A stretch of DNA of 63,396 nucleotides, counting the filler, from Octopus bimaculoides (lineage: Eukaryota): NCBI RefSeq assembly GCF_001194135.2. It is 4 parts of 4 records of this genome, joined end to end, with 100 filler letters (N's around TTAATTAATTAA, not from the genome) between each part and the next. Parts side by side here need not be neighbours in the genome. Positions count along the whole stretch, not along the records: positions 1 to 31,663 come from NC_068988.1; 3 more parts are not named here. One strand, 5' to 3'. Positions within the stretch are counted from its first letter, which is position 1, and each line of letters starts with the position of its first letter. The notes beneath the pieces are model-generated. The model did no database searches and had not been told where the DNA came from. It saw only the letters and a program-made list of their open reading frames with translations. Below, in pieces: positions 14,472-25,503 of the stretch. The translations under genes were made by a program, and so were the position numbers.

Positions 14472-17191
14472 CGTCTGTTCGTTTAAACGTCCGTGCAAGA
14501 AATGAAAGATGGTCACGTGAGGAAAATAAAGATGGACGATATATATCGTACCTTTAAAAGAGTAATCTCATTCTTGAACATCCTCGTTTCTTGATAGTTG
14601 AAATCGTAATTGTCATCATACGCAATATCAGGAAGCTTTTTACCATCGCGATAATGATGAAGCCTTATCTTTCTTGCTGCTAAGTGTGCATGAAGTCCTA
14701 CGGCTATCATCTTAACTCCCTCCTCATTCCATTGAATATTTCTTTCAGGTTTAATCTTTAAAACATAATAAATTAAGAATGCCAAGTGAGTAAATTTAAA
14801 AGGGTTAAACATCAGAAGGTGAAACTGTTATAGAAAACAAAAGCAGAGGATTATGGAGGAACATGGTCGTCTATGCCCAACATTCTGGACGTGGCTCCTA
14901 AAGAAGAAGACTTGAGAGTGTGAAGAAAATTGAAGGATAAGCCCGACATGTAAACGAATACTATAATGATTAAATTTAATCTTATACTGATCAGCCTACG
15001 AAGGAATGGAGAACAGGATAAAAGCTAGAGGGATATAAATTTACAGGGGAAAGGAACGTAATTAAATACGAGGTGTTTGTTTTGGCACTCTACTGATTCA
15101 GTCAATCCCGCATATAATTAGATATCAATACATTATAATCATTATATATTATCACTAGTAAAATAATTTGTGGAGGCGCAATGGCCCATTGGTTAGGGCA
15201 GCGAACTCGCGGTCATAGGATCGCGGTTTCGATTCCCAGACCGGGCGTTGTGAGTGTTTATTGAGCGAAAACACCTAAAGCTCCACGAGGCTCCGGCAGG
15301 GGATGGTGGCGAACCCTGCTGTACTCTTCCACCAAAACTTTCTCTCACTCTTACTTCCTGTTTCTGTTGTGCCTCTAATTCAAAGGGTCAGCCTTGTCAC
15401 ACTGAATATCCCCGAGAACTACGTTAAGAGTACACGTGTCTGTGGNNNNNNNNNNATTAAATACGAGGTGTTTGTTTTGGCACTCTACTGATTCAGTCAA
15501 TCCCGCATATAATTAGATATCAATACATTATAATCATTATATATTATCACTAGTAAAATAATTTAGAGAAAACAAGAGTTTGGCGTCAAAGATCAGAGAT
15601 TAACACCGAAGTCGATTTTCTGAACCAATTTCAATTTATGCCATTAACAATTTCACTGAATTCATGTTGCATACGATAAAGTTAGAAACCTTATTTCAGG
15701 ATCCTTTGTAAAGATAACGAGTGAAACACTTACCATAGATCCACACGCGTCACAGTGTCCGTAATATTTGAATTCTTTAGCATAGGGAGGAATTATTTCA
15801 GGGTGAAATCCCACAAGACATCCGACTGCTAAAGTTCCAACTTCGTATTGACGTTTAGTTTTAGTTGCAATTATTTTGAATCCAGAAGAATCGCGTACAC
15901 CTAGAATAAAGCGGGAGAACAAATAGAAATATCTTCATTACAAAGATTTAAAAATAAAGGAAATAAAATGAAGATTAGAAAGGTGAAGTAGAGAATTAGG
16001 CAAATGATAGAATCTGTTAAATTGGAGAATATGTGAAATAGAAAGGAATATCAAATATAAGAGTACATCGAACTGACTACTATGTGAAAGAGAAGAGTAT
16101 ATCAAACAGTATACTTATGTAAGACAAACGAATATATAAAATATAGAAATCAAATATGAACCTACCTTCCATCTCTTGGGGATTATCGTAATGCATTTCC
16201 ATTATATAATAGAGAGGATCTTCTTCACCGCCAATTGATATCCCAACATGTTCGGGGAGAGCGAATTTCTGAGAGACAAATGTATACTCTTTACTCTTTA
16301 CTCTTTTACTCTTTTACTTGTTTCAGTCATTTGACTGCGGCCATGCTGGAGCACCGCCTTTTAGTCGAGCAAATCGACCCCAGGACTTATTCTTTGGAAG
16401 CCTAGTACTTATTCTATCGGTCTTTTTTTGCCGAACCGCTAAGTTACGGGGACGTAAACACACCACCATCGGTTGTGAAGCGATGCTTGGGGGACAAACA
16501 CAGACACACAAACACACACACACACATACATATATACGACGGGCATCTTTCAGTTTCCGTCTACCAAGGTGCATGTATATATTAGTATTACATTTTATCN
16601 NNNNNNNNNNNNNNNNNNNNNNNNNNNNNNNNNNNNNNNNNNNNNNNNNNNNNNNNNNNNNNNNNNNNNNNNNNNNNNNNNNNNNNNNNNNNNNNNNNNN
16701 NNNNNNNNNNNNNNNNNNNNNNNNNNNNNNNNNNNNNNNNNNNNNNNNNNNNNNNNNNNNNNNNNNNNNNNNNNNNNNNNNNNNNNNNNNNNNNNNNNNN
16801 NNNNNNNNNNNNNNNNNNNNNNNNNNNNNNNNNNNNNNNNNNNNNNNNNNNNNNNNNNNNNNNNNNNNNNNNNNNNNNNNNNNNNNNNNNNNNNNNNNNN
16901 NNNNNNNNNNNNNNNNNNNNNNNNNNNNNNNNNNNNNNNNNNNNNNNNNNNNNNNNNNNNNNNNNNNNNNNNNNNNNNNNNNNNNNNNNNNNNNNNNNNN
17001 NNNNNNNNNNNNNNNNNNNNNNNNNNNNNNNNNNNNNNNNNNNNNNNNNNNNNNNNNNNNNNNNNNNNNNNNNNNNNNNNNNNNNNNNNNNNNNNNNNNN
17101 NNNNNNNNNNNNNNNNNATATATATATATATATATGTAAACTCGGAGTTTTATCATGGTTACCGAATAATTGTCACATATTATATTTGCAG

Positions 17192-17259
<68 letters not shown>

Positions 17260-20199
17260 GTGTGCGTGTGTGTAAAATTAAGAAGGAGAAAACAAATTCA
17301 AAGGTTGATGTATATAGTCATTCAATCTATATTAACGAAATTCTCCATGGTATACAATATACATACATAGACGCATTCATCTATATGGGATATATAATTT
17401 CTAAGAATTTACAAATACATACATATACACGAAAATTTATAAATATATAAAAATTCAGATATATAAAAATTTATAAATACATAAAAATTCATAAATATAA
17501 ATATATAAAAATATAAATCCATAATGCACCTGCGAAGTCCGAATGTTCAAATTTGAATCAATGAAGAAGGCAGACAAGAAAGCGAGTGTAAAATGATCCA
17601 CAAGGAATCCTAAATATGTAGAAAATCTCTCCTTCTTAATTCTATATTCCTGAAGCTCTATCAGAGCTGGTTGAGCTGTATAAAGTGGATATCTATATCA
17701 CCTAGCTCTTCATTATATATATATTTTTTTTTTTTCTGTCGAGAGCTTACACTACCCAATATTAGACTTTTTTTTTTAGTCAATAGAAGGTGATCGCTCA
17801 TCAGCTTTGAGCTTGTAAGATATAGTTACTATTTACGTAATATATATTGGGTAATCCCATAAATAATGCGGTGTTTTCAAATGCATGAACTAAAAGTCGG
17901 AGGGGGGCGAGTTACAGGACATTTCCGATTTTAAAGGATTATAATAAATTTGCCTACTTTCCGAAAATGCTCAAAACAGGTGACCACTTATTTAGGTAGT
18001 TGTCACTTGCAGCTTTACAAATACTCTAATGATGCACATTTATCTCCTTTGGAGCAACCATCTTCTAAATGCCTTAGCCAGGTAAAAGTCGTCCTCACGA
18101 ACTAAACTTATTACATTGCACTTGTTAAATGAAACAAATTTGAAAGTACTCGGACAATAGTAATAGCATAAGGAAGTTACTACTAAAGTGACAAAGTAAT
18201 ATTAATCCACCCTGAAAGTAGTAAGAGGTATTAACATGTTGAAGAACCCACAGATTCAATTTGCTTTCCATCTTATTATATTTACATACTCCAAGAAATC
18301 TTCAAGCAAGTAAATTTAGTAGAGGTCTTTGGAAACTACTGCTGATTAATGTCGACAAGTATCATTTCGGTTAGAAGCAGCTTTGCTACGACTGCTTTGT
18401 AGGTGTATCAATGGATATACCTACAATACCTGCCTAAAATTTTAGTTTTCTTCTCACAACTCACTAACCAGTTATCCAAATTCATTTAAAACAAGACTAT
18501 GCCACTACTTGATTGTACCATTCTGTTACAGTCACTGATACACAAAGTACACTGCTTTATGTGTTTCTTTTGTCACTGTTACAACCGTATATTTTTGTCT
18601 GCAATAGCTAGCGGCATACATTCTCTACTCCACAACCACTTGATCATTCAAACTTTAATCGTAGATATTAGAACTCTACCAAATGGATTGTTACAGACTA
18701 TTCTGTTTTAAAGTAACTTACCGAGCCTCCAACTGCCCATCCGTGAAGTATTGTCCGACAATATTTCCAATCAAGTGGCATATTTTGTGAATAGCATTTT
18801 CCTTCATATCCTATATAATTTTCTCCTGAAGTGTTTTTGTAGCAGCTGTATAATAAGATATGGTGAACAAAGGCTTCATTTCCTTCTTGAATGTAAGGAG
18901 ACATCTGAAAGGAATAATTATTCAGACTTGTAGCAAGAAAACAATTAAGAAGTGAATCAATGCTCTTCAATATGACAAAAGAAATTTTGAAAAACTTAAG
19001 CAATAATCATAATATAAAACCATTTAAGAAAAGAAAGATGAAAAAATATGAATTAAAGTCTGAATACCATTTTTCTTAAGTAATAGAGAATATTAAAAAA
19101 ATTGCAGGCCTGAGCTGGATGCATATGCTGCTTCGTAAAACGATCTAGGTTCTTCAGTGATAACATGTTTAGAAATAATCCAAAGAAATTCTCTTGGCAC
19201 TTTGGAAAGAGCACATTCAAAATAGAAGTCCGAATTAAAATAGAAATACTTGATTTCTAGAGTAAAGTTTAGACAGATGAGAAGGAGCATAACTGCGATG
19301 TCCCATGGATTAACAACTAAAAACAAGTTTGTTCTCCAACTTATAGAAGAACAAACAAAAATTTACATCAAAAACGTAACAGATCTAAACTGCGCAGCCT
19401 CTGTCGTTGTGCAAACTCTTGTGGTTAAATACGAAAGTAAAACAAAAGATAAAGTTGCATGGTGAGAACGAAACCTTTAGAACGAAACTGAATTGCTCAA
19501 GAAATACCTTGGACAATTACACGCAGTCATAGAAAAGAAGAGAGTGAAAGAAAGGCACAAAAACGAAATGCAAAGGAAGTACACCATAAGGCACAAAAGA
19601 CTGCAAGTAGTAAAAGAGGAATTAAGACAAAGAATCAATGCAGTGCCCGGAAAAAAAGACCAGATACCAGCAGAGGACAAATCAGTATCAGCAGAATAGA
19701 CTCTTCAAGAACAACGGAAGAAAGTTCTATAAACAACTGAACAATGAAGTGTCAGAAAAATGGTATGGTTGATACTGAAGGAACAATCTCAACTGAAAAG
19801 TTTGATAGCTCAGTATAAAATAGTGTTAAAAGATCGCAGTGTATAGAGAGAACGTTGTGAACGAAAGTTGTCAGCCATCTTAAATACGTAATCAGTCATT
19901 CCATATTACTACCTATAGTACTTCGTTATTTGACTTTTTGAAAGGGTGTAAGAAGAAAAAGGAGGTGTAAGCAAATAAATGGAACTAATAAAGAGAATAT
20001 CGAGTTAGTGAATAAAAAATACATACCACAATAGCATGTACTGGCCCGTCAAGGGGTGGTACTTCAAAAGATTTACACCAATAAGTAGTTTTTGACTTTG
20101 GAATCAGAGTCTGAAATTAATTTTAAAAATAGTTAAAATTGCAGTGAATGATCATAATGAGATAATGACTAAAATTATTTAGGATCTTTGTAATGATTA

Positions 20200-20232
<33 letters not shown>

Positions 20233-23200
20233 NNNNNNNNNNNNNNNNNNNNNNNNNNNNNNNNNNNNNNNNNNNNNNNNNNNNNNNNNNNNNNNNNNNN
20301 NATAAAATGTACATTCAGTGCATTTTCTTTGTTAATCTTAAATTTAAAATTTAAACTTCTCATCTTGTCTTTATTTACAATTTATCAAGAAGTAATTATC
20401 TCCCTTACAATCACTACCACCAGGGCACATGTTCAAATTAACATTTTGTTACAAATCTTGAATGAGGTACGACATTTATAATTATTCCAAGAGTGTGCGT
20501 AACCTTGTGTGCAAATATGTGTCTGTATGTGTGTGTGCGCTTGCATGTATCTACATTTGAGTGTGTGTGCACGTGCGTGCGGTCTTCTACATGTATACTT
20601 CTTTAAATCTTTAGTAAGATTTTAGATTTCAGCATTTGGCGCAATAAAATTATGCGAGGAAAAAGAAAATTCAAAGTTGTATGCATAATTTGTCTATGGA
20701 TAAATGTTAAATGCGATCAGTTTTGAACACAGAAACCACAAAATTTGAGCCACAATTTTAATATTATTTTATCCTCTCCACCCTCAAAATTCTCTCGTCT
20801 TCATTGATTGATAGGACGAAGAATAAATGTAGGTTTATATTTTTATTATAAAAACAGTAAATGAATCTAAAAGCTAGCTATATATGTTTGTCTTTTAAGT
20901 ATTTCAGTTATATTTTTCGATTCGTCTTGATTTGTAAGACAAAAATATTTCCATTATTTGCATCATTTACATTTGACGGATATTTGTCCTCATCTTGTTT
21001 CTTGTTAACACAACGTTTCGGCTGATCTACCCTCCAGCCTAAACGTTGTGTTAACAACAAACAAGATGAGGACAAATATCCGTCAAATGTAAATAATGTA
21101 CATAATTCCTCATCTCTTAAATATAGAACTTTAAAATATTTCCAATCTGATCTTTCTTAAAATAACATTTTTCGACCCTTGGTAGAGTTCAAATAGATAT
21201 CGATTTATGATAGATGTATCTTTTCCAAATCGTACGTATTAAAATGTAGAGTCAATTTTGATGGGGTTCAAAAGCAGATCACGCTTTGTTTTTTATGGCT
21301 TTATCAGAGAGAAGAGGTCAGCGCAGGAAGAAAAAAAAAAATGAAGTTTTCGGAAACCTAGGCCGAAAGCAACTGAATTGACTCCACATAAGGAATCCAA
21401 ACACCTAATAGTGGCAGCGTTACGGATGAAGTTTGTCACCTAAGAAAGAAGCGGTTAAATAATATAGTTTATTCTTTAATCTGGCAGCTTTGTTGACTAC
21501 AGTTACATTGATCAAATTCACATTTCGCTTTTACATTGTAAAAAGGATTACAAATAAATAAATAATTAGACAAATAAATAAATGAATACAAAATTAATTA
21601 ATTAAACACATTAAAAAGGACTATAAATTTTCTCACATTATTCATTCTGAATTCTATTTCAACTGTATCGTTTGGCATTGCTGGCTCAGGCAATTGGTCT
21701 TGAAGTAGATATAGACTTTGGACGCCATCAGGTTGGAAGTTGTCATTTACATTATCTGTCTTGTTATAACCCCACAAAACTCTCATAGTATTTTGCTATA
21801 AAAGAAAAAAAAAACAAAAAAAACATTACAATCCTTCCTTTCCCTTAACCCACCTACACCTCATGATCATCATAAATAACACTGGTCTACAAGGTTTTTG
21901 GTGTTTAGGAAATAGACATCATTTCTATACAGAATCGGTCTCCTGAATCCAAATATAACCTTCTTTTTGACCAATCAGATCCAGTTTTTAAGTTATTAAA
22001 CATCCCTATAGTCACTATGTATGTGTGTACGTCCTGTACGCAATGTTCGTTACCTTATTCTCATTCTAAGATTTTTTCGTTTCCTATACTTTTTAGATGT
22101 TGTGGTGAAACAAGCAATAGAAAATGAGCAAGATGTCCTCTTCAAGAAAGTGTTGCGTTAATTCTCCAAATGTGTTTTGTTACGTTTGTGGAGAATACAC
22201 TTTACCTGAAAATCGGAAAACATCACTGATTTTGTTGAAAGAGTGTATAGGAGTGGCTGTGTGGTAAGTAGCTTGCTTACCAACCACATGGTTCCGGGTT
22301 CAGTCCCACTGCGTGGCACCTTGGGCAAGTGTCTTCAACTATAGCCTCGGGCCGACAAACGCCTTCTGAGTGGATTTGGTAGACGTATATGTATATATAT
22401 GTATATATATATATATGTTTGTGTGTCTGTGTTTGTCCCCTCACCATCGCTTGACAACCGATGCTGGTGTGTTTACGTCCCCGTAACTTAGCGGTTCGGC
22501 AAAAAGAGACCGATAGAATAAGTACTAGGCTTACAAAGAATAAGTCCTGGGGTCGATTTGATTCGACTAAAGGCGGTGCTCCAGCATGGCCGCAGTCAAA
22601 TGACTGAAACAAGTAAAAGAGTAAAAGAGTAAAAGAGTATGGCATATTTTGGAGTCAAGCTGAGAGACCAAGATAAATATTGGGCACCGCATAGTGTCTG
22701 CAAACAACATACAGAATGTTTGCGACAATGGACTAAAGAGACAAGAAAAATTATGAGGTTTGCTATACCAATGCTATGGCCGAAGCCCTATAATCACTTG
22801 GACGACTGCTATTTTTGTAACCTAAATTTGAAGGCTATTAACTGGGAAAATCGACAAACGCTTGCCTATCCTAAACTTGCTCCTGGTATTAGACCGGTTC
22901 TACACAGATTTTACGTACCTCATTAAGTATATGAACGCTTGCTCAATCTATTGCAATCCTTCCTATTACGTGTTTATTTGAGTGGTTTATCTCAGCTAAA
23001 TTTTGTATAAAATAAAATACTTACTGTGATGTTTATTTTCATATTTGGCCCAGAAAGTTCTCTAGAGAATGTCAATGTTGTTTCCATGTCAGATTCATTG
23101 AAGTACAATAAATGCCATTCACTGGTTGCTTGCAATGACAATTTCTCGTCAGCATTACCATAATAGTTCTGCAATAAGACATACATATATAGATCCATCA

Positions 23201-23553
23201 ATACTTACATGCGTACATACATATTGTGTATGTGTGTGTACACACACACACACACACATGTCAGGTCATAGAATGACCAATGGTTTTTCATCCATAAAGC
23301 GTTTAGATCTATGGACGACTCGTGATACTCTAATGGTGGAGGGTGTATAACTCATCTTCAAAGTGGAAGTAGAAAACCGTTACTTTGTACGAGTCCATAC
23401 CTTCGTAGAATTCAAGGTGTAATTACTGCCAAAAGCGGTCCTACCCCATATTAAAAAAAAAAATGTTTGAAATTTTAAGGTGTCTCCATTATTGTGTCCA
23501 ACCCCTGTATGTGATGTGTGTGTGTATGTATGTGTATGTGTGAGTGTATGCGC

Positions 23554-23584
<31 letters not shown>

Positions 23585-23851
23585 NNNNNNNNNNNNNNNN
23601 NNNNNNNNNNNNNNNNNNNNNNNNNNNNNNNNNNNNNNNNNNNNNNNNNNNNNNNNNNNNNNNNNNNNNNNNNNNNNNNNNNNNNNNNNNNNNNNNNNNN
23701 NNNNNNNNNNNNNNNNNNNNNNNNNNNNNNNNNNNNNNNNNNNNNNNNNNNNNNNNNNNNNNNNNNNNNNNNNNNNNNNNNNNNNNNNNNNNNNNNNNNN
23801 NNNNNNNNNNNNNNNNNNNNNNNNNNNNNNNNNNNNNNNNNNNNNNNNNNN

Positions 23852-23893
<42 letters not shown>

Positions 23894-25467
23894 TATATGT
23901 GTACAGTTCTTTCAATTCTGATATATTAAAGTTATGAGATGAATGAAATATCACTGACTAAAACGGGCCGCATCACAAATTCCAAAGGATTAATATCAGA
24001 GCTTGATAGAAGCCCAATGACCTTGTTGAAAAATCCGAGGAAATGCATCCTTGACCAGCTTCGCGTTATATTAACCGTGTGTACTAGAGCTCCATCGTTA
24101 GTGAAAACATAGCTACTTCCAACCGTGGCTGACAACTAGGGCAACACATTTCTTTCCAGCATTTGCTAGTAAACTTTTCTTTTCACGTGCACTCCTGTAA
24201 TGAACACCAAAGGTGATTTCGGCTCATTAAAAGCAACTGCAGACCAAACCATGACATTTGTTGGTTTCTGTTGGTCTAAAATGTTTTCTGATATCTTCGG
24301 GGATTTATTTAGTGACTTGAGGTAAACCCAATCGTTTTTATAGTTGACCACATCCTCTACCGTCAAAGACTTCTTAATAATACTGAAATACGCATAAAGT
24401 AAACACATGTAGACAAATATGTTAATATCACAATTTAAAAAAAACAAAAAAAACAGATAATCAATGAAGAGATAAAAGAAACAGTAAGATGATACATGTT
24501 GATTTTATTAAGTATTTCTGTTTATTTAGAATCCTACAATGAAATTAGGTATTTCTGTTTATTTAGAAACCTACAATGAACTGGTCAGACGCTAAACTAT
24601 AAATTTCACAGGGTACAACCTTAAAGTTGACACCGCTCCGCTAAACGCAGAAAATTTCTGTCTCGCTATTGGCTAAATTTTTAAACCTCTGTAACTTTTT
24701 CCTCCAATTTTATTCTCCACAACATCATACCTTCATAGCAATAAGGTATTATAACTACGTTATAATAGCCAATTTTCAGATTTTTTACTTTCTTTCTAAA
24801 AAATGCATATTTTGTGAATCAGTTTGGCTAGATCCGATCAAGGTAATAAATAACGGTGTTCTAAGTATCAAACTTCTTATTTCTTTGATTTTTTGTAATA
24901 AAAGAGAAGATACTGTTAAATTGTGATTGTATTCATATCTTGTTAAAAGATTTGTGTTAGCGACAGAGGCAGTACTAATACCAAGAGGTAATATTTAAGC
25001 TCACTTAAATGTGGATGTTCTGTGAAAACGAACTGTATTGTGGAGAAACTCTCGTACTGGCTTTTGGTGCAAAATGCAAAATGTGGTCTTGTTTATATAA
25101 ACAAGAGTGCATTCTGCACCAAATGCCACTAGGAGAGTTTCGCTCATGGTATCTACAGCAGTATAGTCTGTTCTTACAGAACAGCCATGTTTAAGTGGGC
25201 TTAAATATTACCTCTATCCATACCATCCCATACACAAGTGACATTGCTATGCAATATACGCACACGTACTAACGCTCACGCGCGCGTGTGTACACACACG
25301 CACAAACATACGCACACGCACACACACAAACGCACGTGCACACTATCCAGTCGAAAAAGAAGAATCAATTAAGATGCAGAGAAATAAACATTGTATCATC
25401 CACACTCATCATATACACGCCAGACACATAAGCAAATGCTAGTGCACGCGCATGCACACACACACAC

Positions 25468-25503
<36 letters not shown>

